From NCBI GenBank assembly GCA_023515725.1, contig JALDTO010000246.1:219680-283679 (forward strand): a DNA stretch of 64,000 bases. Reading direction: 5' to 3'. The notes beneath the pieces are model-generated. The model was not told where the DNA came from. It saw only the letters and a program-made list of their open reading frames with translations, and ran no database searches. The position numbers were made by a program, and so were the translations under genes. The number at the start of each line of letters is the position of its first letter. Position 1 is the stretch's first letter. The DNA comes from Amoeboaphelidium protococcarum X5 (Eukaryota; Fungi; Aphelidiomycota). Below, in pieces: positions 38,811 through 51,647 of this stretch.

Positions 38811-40592
38811 ATGACTGCAGATTTTAGCTCTGGAAGGTAGAAGTAGCCACAGCGAGGACATTATGATCATTATCACAAGTTGCCACCACAGCATTATTTG
38901 GATGGTGCTTTCACTCGAGAGTGTCTCCAGTTGGTCCGTGAAATTGAGCCCACGGCTGAAGAGGTGGAATAGCTGAATGGAACGTACTTGTATTTGTATG
39001 AGTTTCTTAGTACTCTCTTCGGGAGGGACAATATTCTACTGCACAAATTCGGTTCTGCTGCTAATGGACTCTTCTTGCGTGGTTCCGTCGACATGGACTT
39101 GTGTATGGACCTGAGTGATGTCAAGCTGATTGAGATGGAGCAGTTGAGATTGCTGAAATGTGAGTAGATTAGAGAAGAGTATGCGTAGTCTGTGCGCGAG
39201 TATGAACAGCATGTTGCCACTAAAGGCACTGTAGCTGTTGGAGGTGGTAAAAGCGGTGATGATGGAGAATAGAAAGGAGATAGCGGTGATGTTGATGAGG
39301 AGGATGAGGAAGAGAAGGTGAAGGCTCCACGTCAATAGCCTCCTCCTACTATTCCTTAGGTGATTCTTGACTTTATCGGAGAGCGTTTGTCAAATGCTGA
39401 AAGTAAGCGATTTCAGGACGTGAAAGTTCTCACAAAGACTCGTATTCCAATTATCAAGTATCGAGATGCTGTTACTGGTATCAATGTCGATCTGGGATTC
39501 TAGAATACTTTGGCCGTGTATAACACCAGATTGTTGCATGCTTACAGTATGTTTGATGTACGGTTGAGGCATCTGGTGTATCTGGTAAAGTATTGGTCTA
39601 AGCGGCGTTCTATTAATGACACGTACTCTGGAACTCTGTCCTCCTACGCGTACGTATTGATGGTCATCCACTATCTGTAGTGTGGTGTTAGTCCACCTGT
39701 ACTGCCCAATCTATAAAAGCTATCTGCTGATGGCCAGACACCATAACGACTGATATCAGTAAAGACTTTTGGCCATGAGCTAGTGCCAATAGAAGGTTAG
39801 AATGTTGATGTGAATACCACGGAATTTCATGATCCGACTATAGTAGATAAAGAGTGGAGGCAAGTGGTCACGGATGAATAGTATGACACTTATTTCTTTG
39901 AGAATTTAGAAGCTATCAAGATTAAGAGTCTAAACGAGTAATCGCTTGGATCTTTGTTTTATGGATTCATAAAGTATTGGGCATTTGATTTTGACTTTAA
40001 AGAGCATGTGGCTTCTATTCGTCTGGGTGGTATACTGACTAAAGCCGATAAAGGCTGGGTTCCTCTGTTGGATTAACAGTAATAACAGAAAGAATCCAAG
40101 GATAAAGAGGAGTCTGTTCAGGATGGTGTTCCGTCCAATGTAAATGTTGCAAAAGAAAATAAGGAAGTCTCGGAGCAGTCCAAAACATAATAGTAGTAAT
40201 AGTAGCAGTCAAAGGAGCAGTATTAGAGATTTTGGGTTTGTATCGAAGATCCTTTTGAAGTGGGACATAATTTGGGACGCCCAGTAGGAAGAGACTCGCT
40301 GTATTTCATAAGAGGAGAGCTGCTACGTGCTTCATCCCTCCTCACTGGTGCGCGTAATTATAGTCGAGAGTATTTGAACCAAGTTGCCGTATTGGATCAG
40401 AATAGAGGCGCACCTCATTTTACCAACTTGCACCAACATGTTGATAGTCTAGTACCTAAAGATCTTCTATCCCAGATAGTTGCAGAGACTGAGTACAAGA
40501 CGCGTGAAGAGCACAAGATTCGCAACAAGGAGAACATGGACAGAAAGACCAAGCGGGAGGAGAAGGATAAACTTCGTGGTAATTAAGAGTGA
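38811..40592 (+). CDS. Cid1/TUT-family terminal uridylyl/nucleotidyltransferase (593 aa)
   Basis: FGSAANG...[49 protein letters not shown]. Confidence 0.9.
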
Positions 40593-40719
40593 TCTGTCTG
40601 TCCTGTTATATCTAAGATTGAATATCTTATATTACTAAGAACTATAGTTAAATGAAGCTTCTCAATTTCTTTGTATTGATAAGTCTTAGCCTTTTATTAA
40701 TATGTCGGTATTTTTAAAT

Positions 40720-41856
40720 TCAAACATCTTGAATCTCTTCCAGCTGAGCATTTTGCGCCTTCAACTCTTCCAGGAAGGACTCTGGCGCATCTTCCATAAA
40801 AGTGAAAGGAATTCTATATCCACTCAGCAGCATTTTAACATCATCAGGCGAGTGGGTGTTAACAGTCTATATAGCGATTTCATAATTCTGAAGAGACCCC
40901 ACGGAGCCAGTATGAGGAAATTTCAGATAAGCCTGAGATATCTCTGGATAAGACTACCAAGACTCCGCGTCCATTTTCAAGGTTACAGTACTCTATGGAA
41001 GACCATTCACGCCATGATGTCCGATATTAGAAGTGGTCTTACAGAAGCCTTTAAAGTCTCTCAATTTTGGCAACACAATCTCTGCAAATTTGCCCAAAAA
41101 GTCACCAAATACTTTGGAATCAGTCATACGCACTCTGACTGCAATAGGCATACCAGATCTGATTCGCTACTTGGCATTGGTGTCATTATCGCCGGCATAA
41201 ATGATTTGCGATTATTAGCCAGTGCACAAGTTCAGTGCCAACATTCCATACAGTAGAACCTTTTTTGATTACACCACAGCCTGGGGCATTCTCATCGCAA
41301 TGGATACACTCTGGATACGCGGCAAAGTTTCATAAATGTTGAGCTGGTTATGCATACTCTATGTATTACCAGACTAGGAGGAGGCAGAGATATCAAGATA
41401 CTGTGATAGCTTATCCAGCTGATTGACGCGTTACTTCTCCGCCTTCAGCTATTACGCTTTCAGTTCCAATTTCTTTTTAGAGCTGGAAGCCGAAGACTTA
41501 CTACCAACATCCTAGTTCTCGAGCTAATTCAGCTAGTACATACGCCACTGCTAACACTTTTCTTCAAATGGGGCATTAACATCCCGGTTCACCTCTTAAA
41601 CAATACGTCTATATGCCGACTAAGGATTAGCATGCCTAAAGTGGTCATAACCCAAAATCGCCAAATCTTCAGCCAAGTTGGCGTCATACGTCTCTTCATA
41701 TCGATTCAAGATCTATGACGGCATCAGTTTCTACGCGTTAACCTGATAACGTTCTAATGGTCGTTATGATAGTTGTGGAGGAGAGACTTTTTATTTTTTC
41801 ACAACCGCATTACTGACATTGGCCAGATATCTCCTTCCAAAACGCGTATTTATCAT
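40720..41856 (-). CDS. Mitochondrial ribosomal protein uL5m (MRPL7-like, 378 aa)
   Basis: LPRIQSVSI, RIRSGMPIAVRV, EIVLPKLRDFKGF, YPEI, LLSGYRIPF. Confidence 0.78.
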
Positions 41857-42073
41857 GATCTTTCTATAATAATTGAGATATACAGACTTATTGCGTTGGA
41901 ATGTCTTTGAAAACTAAGCGATAAAGTTCCCGCGTTTTGATCGCCTCTTTGTAGAATTTTTGATCAGCATAAGCACTCCTTCATTAAAAGCGATTATTTT
42001 GTGCCTTAACAGCTGAACCTTCTAAGATTGCAGTTAAGATTACTGGAATAGATTAACTGTTGATGAAAATTAA

Positions 42074-43523
42074 ATGTCTGTGAGTATGCGGAAATTATCC
42101 AATTTACAGGAAACAGTTAATGTTTTAATGGAGGAGACTGATCAAGTTCCTGGTAATGATCCACCTCTTAGTAGAAGGTAGATCCGCATTGGGTTTGCAA
42201 TATGCGGCCTGATCAATAATTAGGACCTATGTCGTGTTTCTGAGTGCTGCACAAGATATTATAAAATAGCAAGAGAATACAGGTGTGAGCGAAGGATCTA
42301 TATTGCTGGCTGATATAATTCCATCGCTGATTGTGAAATTTGTATTTCCTCACATGATGCACCGGGTGGGCTATGACCTGAGAATATTTATATGCATCGC
42401 CCTTAGTTTTATATCTTTGCACGTAGTTGCCTGGATTCCCAACATCTGGATTAGGTTATTTGGGATAGTCCTTGCATCTATTGCTAGCGGTCTTGGAGAG
42501 ATTTCGTTTCTGTCCTTGACTTCTGCTCCGTAATTTGTAGATCGGGATGATCATACCAATCGTGAACTGCTAAGCACCATGGCTCTGTCGGGATGGTCTA
42601 CCGGAACGGGAATGGCCGGTGTTGGTGGAGCGCTGGTGTATTTGGCTCTTACTACTTGGCTCAGAGTATCGCTCACTATCACACTGGCAATTGCTAGTAT
42701 TGCACCCCTCTTCATGGCGTACTCTTACTTTATCCTTTTACGACATTGGACTGGCTCCGCATTGGATTAGACGATAGCTGGGCGAATATTAGGACTTTTG
42801 AATTTTAAACGAGCTATAGTATCATAAGCGGATTATCAAGTATTGCCGGAAGAGTAGCCACAATCGTCTGATGGAATGTACATTGTGGATGAGTAATAGT
42901 TCGTATCGACTGTATCCAATAGTAGCGGTAAACTGGCTTTAAATGAAAGGTTATTGATACTACGAATAATGTTTGTCCCGTTCATGCTGCCTCTATTTCT
43001 AGTATTTATGGCTGAGTACACCATAAACTAGGGAGTATGTCCCAACTTGCTCTACGCTTCACCATCGCCGTCTTAGGATGAAATATCTCGACTGAGAGAC
43101 GCGTATGTGTACTATTAATTCCTATACTAGATCGGTGTTCTAGTCAGTAGAAGCTCAGTGGAGTGGTTTCCCATTCGTCAGATTTGGATTCTTAGTCTAC
43201 TTCAAGTTGGCACTCTCATCTTTTTGATTTGTGAAGCCTTATTCAGATTTATTCCATCTGTATATTTGATTTACATTGTGATTCTATGGGAAGGATTGCT
43301 GGGCGGATCTACGTATGTTAATGCTTTCAATTAGATCCGATAGAGATTTGGAGCAGATCAGAATTATTCGAGCGACAGTCGCGAATTCGCAATGGCCTCC
43401 GCGGCTGTCAGTGATACGCTAGGCATCTCTTTCGCTGGGCTGATTAGTATTTTCCTGTCTCCGGCACTGTGCAAGTATCAAGTTTAACAAGGTATTGAAC
43501 TATGTAAGCTTGTGAAGTAATGA
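42074..43523 (+). CDS. BTN1: Battenin/CLN3 (BTN1) with an apparent +1 frameshift near 42221
   Basis: GLINN / TYVVFLSAA, ILLADIIPSL, ASGLGEISFL, GWSTGTGMAG, AEYTINQG, YQIGVLVSRSS, EGLLGGSTYVN. Start could be 42074, 42086 or 42128. Confidence 0.85.
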
Positions 43524-43582
43524 ATCTATTTATTCTATCAAGTCAGTCTCGATTGATTATCATAGACTATCTTTCGCTTAAT

Positions 43583-43939
43583 TCAAGCAGGGTGAGGCAT
43601 TGATCGACACTTCCACAACTCTCGTTGGGTGTTTTCTCCACTCTGGTCAGAGGCAGCTTATTTCAGTCTTCTATTCAACAGTGGCTAGCCATTAGTAAGC
43701 TCAGTCTGCACATTTTAAACACCACTCGCAGTTTCTACAGCAGCTGGCTGCGATGCCTACTGTTGCACAGGCTAAGAGCGGCTTCGACTCACTGACCGAA
43801 TGACAAATTTCACACGAGGAATCTTGATACGAGGAGGACGATTGGCGATACGCTTTGGGATGTGCTGGTGATGATGGTATTCTTGAGCAATTGTCCAGGT
43901 GGCAGATGATGAATTTATCAGAGTTTAGTTTTAGATCAT
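43583..43939 (-). CDS. Small hypothetical protein (118 aa)
   Basis: ATG-to-TGA code-6 ORF, low complexity, no recognised motif. Confidence 0.35.
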
Positions 43940-44717
43940 TGTGCTATCGACGAGGCAAAGGTATGTATTAGATTACAGAGCAGGTATTAAAGAAATGACT
44001 AGATCAGACGCGTTAAACAGGATAACTGTTGAATATCACTCACAAATAAAGGATAACTAAATTGGGATAGAAGAAATAGAAAAATGTTATTCAGGTGATC
44101 AAGGTTTCATGCACTGCCTGTCCCCTGTGCATTTCAGTCAAGTAGGCATGTTGTTACACACGCTCATAGGAGATATCTTAAGACTCGCGCGCATTGTCCC
44201 TTTGCAGCTGAAACAGTGACGGCCCAATCAAATCACTTTAATCTGCCGTCCCGTTTCTCGCTAACCGTCATAGGACACGCGTCCTTTTAGGTGGATGATT
44301 ACAGTTCGTTTCAGTAAAATGTCCGATCACGGAAAAGTGTTTTGGGCACAAAAAATAATGACGAAGTTTTAAGCACGATACTTCCCTACAACAGATAGTA
44401 TTAGAACTCGTAATGCGAAGCATACGTGTAATTTGAACAATTATAAGTAACTTATGTGACGTCTGTTTAGATAATGCCGCAAAGTTCTCTATTTCATTCT
44501 CCAGTGATGGAAAGTGCCAATTTCAAAGCCATCGATTTTAGATTTAAGTAATCAAGTGATGGATTATAGTAATAAGAATACTTTTCCTATATATTATGTA
44601 GTTTTTGACTTTAGAAATTTTCAAACAGTGCCAAGTAATGAAATTCAATTTCATCGTTACTAAAAGCGGCTCTTACAGCGACTAGCAAACTCCAATTACT
44701 GACTTGTTGAAAAGGCC

Positions 44718-44724
44718 TATAAAA
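44718..44724 (+). promoter_or_regulatory. TATA box upstream of Fanzor
   Basis: TATAAAA about 65 bp before ATG 44788, followed by a pyrimidine-rich leader. Confidence 0.5.
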
Positions 44725-44787
44725 GCGCCAGACAGTTCACTATTTCTTCTTCCTCTTTCTTATCTAACTTCTCATAGATAAGAAGAT

Positions 44788-47103
44788 ATGGCAAAGAAAG
44801 TAACACGTAAATGCAAACTAAATACTGTCTTGAATCTTAGCGATGGTGATAAAGAGAGATTGATACCACAGATTCGACTGAGCTCAGTGCACCTCACCTT
44901 TGCATCCCGTCTGATCTATCTCAGTCTTAATGTATGGAATGAAGCCGGCAAGGCACTACCTGAGCTATCTCATTAGCAGTATTTCGCGTCAATGCTGGAG
45001 TATCTTTGCAACTCTGCGTTTCATCGTGACAATGAACACACACGAATACTGGCTGAAACAATCGCTCCTGAAGTGCGATAGAGATTGAGGCACGAAAGCC
45101 TGATTGGTCCAAATCCTAACCTGTACGTGTTTCAAGCGCGTAAGATTATTTAAGCTATCACCTGGCATCTGACTGAAACTATATGGGTCTACTAGAAGAA
45201 GGTGATTAAAGCTTAAATGGAGGCCTTTAATGTAAAAGGCCGAAGGCTTACCGTGTTTCTATAGCTGCTCAACTCTTTGCTGACTGAAGAAGCTGTTAAC
45301 ACGATGGAACACTTTGGGGGCGAGTACTTGGAGATTAATCCCGCGACTCAGATACATTTGCCTCCTGATTACGATGCTGGTGAAGATGAGGAGACAATTG
45401 CGCAATAAGATGCTGCTATTAAGGACGAGTTGCTGCAATTGTTATAAGTTGAAGAAGTTCGGCACTTGGTCTCAATGCATCGTCACCATTTATTGGATAT
45501 TGTCACCACTTCTTTTAAAGACAGAGCTCCAAGAAGGAGATACAGTAAAAGAAAAGCATAATCTCCTAGTCAGCTGCATGGACTCATCGGTTTCAAGCGA
45601 TAGAAATCGGGTAAGATGAAGTAGCGTGATACCCATCAAACATACATGCCATCAAGAGCACACCATGCATTTCAGAATTAGGAGGGCTAGAAAGTTTTGG
45701 TCCAATATCTGATGTATTAGCGTTAAACTCTCAAGGAGCTAGGCTTGCCATCATTCAAGATTTTCCCTACTGGTACCGATGTTCCGCGCCACATCTGCTT
45801 TGACAATAAAGTTTTGGCTCAGTGGGGATTTGAACAGTATCGCCTGGGCAATCAGTTGGGGGAGGAGTCGAAAGAGGAGGAGGATCAACGGTAATGTATC
45901 CTAAGGCTTAAAGTTTTGGGTCTTTAACAGCGGATGGCTCAATCTAAAAACGTCAGTGTCAGTATCACCTCTGATGGTTTTGCGTGCTCCGTGTCTGTTT
46001 CAGATTAAGGTGGGAAAGCGTATGCAAATGAAGCTTCAGACCTGCAGAGAAAAGCACGAAGCATTGACGTGTCTCAAGTAATTGTTGGGGCTTTTGCTTT
46101 GGAAAACTGTCGGAATCTCCAACAAAGATTAGATGGCTCTCGATTGATTGGCGTTGACCCTGGTAAGAAGAACGTACTGGTGTGGGGCGACGACGCGGAC
46201 GTCGATGGTGCAATTACGCTAAAAGAAGCCAAGAAGGAGCTAAAAGAAACGGGCCACATATCTGCTGGATACTGGTAACGTCTTGCATTGACTACAGAGT
46301 CTGAAGCCCATCTGTTGCATATCAAACCAACTGAAATCACGCTGATGGAGTAAGATATGGCCTAATCAAACACTTGCCAGTAGTATCTCGATGTTTACAT
46401 CAGATATTTTGAGGACGTCTATGCCTTCTACTCAAGATCATTCCATCGTAATTGGAGATTCCGACGATTTTGCGCGACCAAGTCTGCGTTTGGTAAAGTC
46501 ATCAACATGATGTATGGCAGACCAAAGCCACCAGTGCCTAAAATCAACGATCGGCGCCGAGGTAAAGCTGCAAAGAAGAGGAAACGCGAACTGCTTAAAT
46601 CTAATGGCAAGTTTTCACCTCCAGATAAGCCTCCGGTAATTGCGCTTGGTGACGCTGGTGTGAAGCACGTGCGTGGTAATCCTCCTGTTCCGGTGAGAAA
46701 ATTCGCGTTTGAATTCAGTCGTCGGGCATTGGTAGTTATAACGCCGGAGTTCCACACTAGCAAGCAGCACTCATTATGTCATGCAGATCTTCAATGGGAG
46801 CATGAAGTGGTGATGAGGTGCCGACACAAGAAGGCAAAGAAGATACTGCCTGGTCGTCGCCGGGCTTAAACTGTCTGCATCAAAGCTGATGGTCCAGAAA
46901 TCCTATCGTACGAATGTCCTGATCGTTTTAACCGAAGAGTCCAATCAAGATTTGGAGTTTGCCCAAACTGCCAAAACACTGGATGTGACGTCTTTGTAGA
47001 TCGGGACGTTAATGCTTACAGGAGTATGGCTCAAATAGTCCGCCATTACGCGATGCATGGTAGCAGACCTTAATGGAATTGCCGCGCCGAAAGGCGCGCC
47101 TGA
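44788..47103 (+). CDS. Fanzor1 (TnpB/Cas12-family) RNA-guided endonuclease, 771 aa
   Basis: One frame with UAR=Gln. FKIFP..PRHICFD, SITSDGFACSV, RuvC-I IGVDPG (D457), FYSRSFHRNWRF, VIALGD, RuvC-II TPEFHTSK (E654), CPNC, RuvC-III VDRDVNA (D740), GSRP tail. Confidence 0.92.
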
Positions 47104-47244
47104 TATATACAGTAATGTTTGTCGGACAAACCGATGAAATAGACTGTAAGCGACCTGTCTCTCAACGAGGAAAAGAAACGCGTCAGAATCCTCTAAGCTG
47201 AGGCATTTCAACTGTTTCAGATTCAGAATTCTGTCATCCACCTG
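47080..47244 (+). ncRNA. Candidate Fanzor omegaRNA scaffold
   Basis: CGCGCC-GAAA-GGCGCG hairpin 47083-47098 overlapping the last codons; stem TACAGT/ACTGTA 47108-47148 enclosing GTCGG/CCGAT; CCTC/GAGG hairpin ~47190-47203. This is the usual omegaRNA position. Confidence 0.55.
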
Positions 47245-47333
47245 TTTTACATTGAGATTGTATATATATATTTAAATGTTGAATTCATTGACAGTTTGTA
47301 TAATTAGTAGCAATAATCTACATAAAAAAGCTT

Positions 47334-49134
47334 TCAGTGAGACCAGTCGATTGATAGCTGGATTGAGCGTTTCCATTTGGCAAATTTCTCTTCACGTTCT
47401 ACATCACAGTTTCATAATGGACGCGCGTAGGTCAATGGATAAAAAAATTATATATATTTATATATATAAGACTTACCTTTTTGAGACCACCTGGGACTAA
47501 AATTGTCCATAGATTGCAAAGTAACAGCGTCACTGGAAGACAACTTATCAATTTCATAAAAACCAATAGCTAGACCGGCGGCTGTCGCAGCACCCAGTGC
47601 AGTACTCTCTTTCATTTACGGTCTCTGAACTGTAATGCCAAGAATATCAGCCTGGATTTGCATCAGCACATTTGAATTACTCATACCACCATCAACACGC
47701 AAAACCGCCAGATCAAACTCATGATCATTACTATCAGCCTTCATAGCCTCCAGAATCTCACGAGTCTACAAGGCCACACCTTCCAGTAGAGCACGGCAGA
47801 TGTGTTTCCTAGTGGTGAATTGAGACAAGCCAAATAGACAGCCGCGCGAATTTGGCTTCCAATACGGAGCAAATAATCCACTCAATGCCGGTACAAATAT
47901 CACTCCTCCTGAATTCTCAACTTCACCAGCCAGTTTACTTAGTTCCTGCGGAGTGGCTACCATTTCTAAAGAATCGCGCAGCCAACTTACAGCAGCACCA
48001 CTTATAGCAATGGATCCTTCATAAGCATAACACACTTGCGCATCTCTACCCAACTTATACGCAACTGTAGTCAACAGGCCACTCTCGCTGGGAGGAGGCA
48101 CACGATCTGGGCCTGTGTTCATAAGCATAAAGCAACCAGTTCCATACGTATTCTTGGCCATTCCTTTCTAAAAGCATTTTTAACCCACAATGGCTGCTTG
48201 TTGATCGCCCAAACACCCGCTGATAACCACTCCATCCCATTCGCCATATCCACTGACGCGTCCATATACTTCACTTGAACTCTTAATCCGAGGCAGAATA
48301 CTTTCATCAACATCGAATACTCTACATATAAGTGAGATTAATCAATTAATGATGATGAAAATCATAATGTAAGGATCCATTACTGAAGCATTGTTTGAGA
48401 ATATTCGCAAGTCTGCAAATCCATAAGCATCGTACGTGATGCGTTTGTAACATCAGTCACATGTACACCACCGTTGGATTTCCCAGTCAGATTCTACAAA
48501 ATAATATAAATTTCATTTCATTACAATTAGCCAAAAGAAAAGATTACAAATATTATCCACGAGTCGACAGTTCCGACAGCAAGTCTGTGCTCATCACACG
48601 CAGACTAGACATTCCGATCATTCTTCAACAACCACTTCAATTTGACAGCACTGAAATACGTACTAAATGGGAGACCACAAATATCCACAAATTTTCGCTT
48701 GTCACCCGCTCCTTTGTCTTAAACAAGCTCATCTACCAGATCGGATGTTCTTGAGTCAAGCCATACGATTGCATTACACAGCGGTTCGCCTGTCGTTCTG
48801 TCCCAGCAGCAAAGAGTCTCGCGCTAATTAGTAATGCCAATGGCTACTACTTTGCACTTATCGCTGGTACTCTTCTGTACCTAATCGATGCACGCATTAA
48901 TGGACTTGATAATTTCTTTTGGGTCTTATTCGCACCATCTACAAAGTACTATAAAAAGATGACAAGTTTGATTAAAGTAATAATTAGATCGCGCTATGCA
49001 TTCACTTACCCTGGTTACTAGTAAATCGACGGATACTCTTGCTGATGGGATGCAACTATATTACAATATTTGTCAAAGAAGATCACTCTGGACGACGTTG
49101 TGCCATTGTCAATCGCTGCAACAACCTCAATCAT
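47334..49134 (-). CDS. GUT1: Glycerol kinase, 4 introns
   Basis: [49 protein letters not shown] introns near 47.4, 48.35, 48.5 and 48.95 kb. Confidence 0.92.
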
Positions 49135-49313
49135 TTGAACGCGGCAAAGCTTGCAGAAGTACTCAGTCAAAGTCTCAAAATGTGACTAATCTCTCTTTGG
49201 TGGAAAAAGACTGAAACAACAAGCTTTAAATCTAAAACTAATATCATTTCCAAAAATTAGTCAACTACATTAAGAATATCCTAAAGTCACACATCAGTCA
49301 TTAATCAATTTCA

Positions 49314-51647
49314 TCAATAGGATGCATCGGAGGAGCCTTCACCGCGAGATTTTTCTGAGGATCTCCTTGCATTCTGGCGAAGACGGCCGCTGCTTCTAGA
49401 GCCACGAGTCACAGCATACCCATCTTCATCGTCATCACTGTGATTACCACCAGATCTCATTAGTCTGCTTGATCTCCTCTTGCCACCGCGAACCATTTCT
49501 TCAAAGTCACTCTCATCACTGTCTTCAACAACACGCTAAGCGGAGTGAGATTACTTCTGACGGCGACCATTCACTTTGCGCAGCTTGGACTCAAACTTAT
49601 CTTTCAAAGATTCAGACTTTTACGGCTACTATTTCTTGTTACCAGCAGAGTGACTATTCTTTTTAGAAACATTGCTAGCATCTTTATTAGACTTGCTTTT
49701 GATCTTTAACTGCAAAAGATGACTCTTCAACGAACGGATATGCATCTCAAAATGACTCAACCATAGCAATGAGGCGGAAGACTCTAGATTATCAAAATGC
49801 GCCAACCAAACATCTTTCCAAGTCGGATCCTCTTACTGGGATGCCGTTAGACGAGACTTGCAGTGAGGAGAGTCCTTGTTAATGTACAGCAATCTGCAAA
49901 ATTTACAATCGTGATGGCAGCCATAGAATTAAACGGTCAAAATATCCATAATCAGTGGCAACAATTCGCCATAGTCTTAAGATTACAACAACATTGTACA
50001 ATTATCAACGTTGAATTGCCACATTTTATCAAACTCAATGTAAGGATGTTTGAGTCCAGGGTGATTTCCGTCAGCATATGCGGCCAGAAATTCATGAAGT
50101 CTCTGCTAAATAATATCAAGAGAAGATACAATGTTGGAATATAGGTCGTACTTTCGCTTCTTGATCTGACCGCGGATAACATCAGCTTCATATTCTTCTT
50201 CAGCTTAAAACACTTGACAGATAGAACCATCACCAGAGAATGGAACCTCACTTCTTGGCAGATGATACTTTAAAGATTTGAATAGCTCAGACTCCATCTT
50301 GAACTTCTTTGTTAAAGTAGAGAGCAGGATTTTACATTGATCAGCGGAGCTAATAATTCCCCACTCACCATCCGAAGATTCAACAGGTTCAATTAAAATT
50401 ACGACAAGCTCCGGAATCCACCAATACTTGAATCTGGAGCGATCATACCCGCATACAAAGACGGTCTGACCGCGAAGTTCGTCAACAGTCTCTCTCGCTT
50501 TTTACAGAGATATGGAGCCATCTTTATCCTCCTCCAATTCAAGGTATTGTTTTGTCAAGCCGCTCAATTTTTACTGCAAAGCCTTGATTTCATCCTGCAG
50601 TTACTCAGTTTCAAGCTAACTGGGTCTCACTAAGTCCTGATATAACTTGCTCTTGAACATCTTCACATTATCCTTGACAGCCGGATCTTTACATTATTCC
50701 GCTGCGTACTCTGGAAAATTTTGCGCAACTTCTGTATCAATTTCAGATTGCACATTTTCGCAAACTTCATCAAAAGCTCTTTGAGCCCGTTGATACTGTT
50801 TCTTATACTCAAAAATGGATTATTAGACTTCCTGGATTTGATTACTGATCTGACGCATCAGCTTCTTGTTATTGACGCGATCTCCGGCAAATTGGTCGGC
50901 CATAGATAGAATTGCCTACTCATTACTCTCCCATACCTCAGACTCCATCGCAATATTAACCAGTAGTTTCAGAGCGCGTATCCTTTGATCAATCGCGATC
51001 TCGTTCCATGAAACGGTTTCAAAAAGGCGAAACAGTTCTTCGTCCTCCTCTAAGAGAATTAGTGAGAGCATTGCTTGGACGTTTAAGAGATCCATTTTGG
51101 GAAGTTTATCGGACAGCAGGTGCTACATGATACTCTTGAGCAACTTTCTGAGCCACTCATTATAAGCCATGATTCCACACCACAACTTCTTTATTGACAG
51201 AGAGTCTACTAACTTGGCATCAAATAATGCTCCAAATCCAGTCATGAAATCGTGTACTTCAAGAAAATCCATAAGTCTCTCAGCGCTGAAACCATCGGGA
51301 GCACCAAGAGCTTGCAAGTCCAGTCGGATCTCATCCTTGTGAAGAACAGCGAACGAATCTTTGGAGAGAGCTTTCGCTGGAATCTCGGTCTTGATAACAG
51401 TCTCTTTTTCTTGTAACACCACCTTGGTTTGATGAGCCAGCTTTATCACTTGTTCGTTCGACTCTGCCTTGCTAAAGTTCAACACAGACTGTTTGACAAC
51501 TTTACTCTGCTTAATACTGACTAGCTTGTATTCTGTTGCATTCACAATTTGGAAATCGTTTTCATCGTGAGAATTACTCTGTTAGCTCTTGAATTGACTG
51601 CCATGCTCGGAACCTGAAATCAAAGTATTATTCTACTCGACGGTCAT
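49314..51647 (-). CDS. DDT/WHIM-domain chromatin-remodelling subunit (ITC1/ACF1/BAZ-like, 777 aa)
   Basis: DDT-like LMDFLEVHDFMTGFG; WHIM1-like QRIRALKLL; WSD-like GYDRSRFKYWW; basic/acidic tail. Confidence 0.7.

Larger units (their letters stand above)
44288..47244 (+). mobile_element. Putative non-autonomous Fanzor-carrying element
   Basis: Inverted repeat (T)AGGTGGATGA 44288-44298 / TCATCCACCT(G) 47234-47244 brackets the Fanzor gene. No transposase inside; no convincing TSD (only TTT). Confidence 0.4.

Noticed and set aside
44208-47220. Alternative Fanzor TIR CTGAAACAGT/ACTGTTTCAG
   Set aside because: It is not colinear with the other IR pair, has no TSD, and the same word occurs near 38120; likely chance.
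34211-47244. Transposase and Fanzor as one composite element
   Set aside because: The transposon is closed by its own TSD, and three housekeeping genes lie between them. Mobilisation in trans is not excluded, but the ends do not match.
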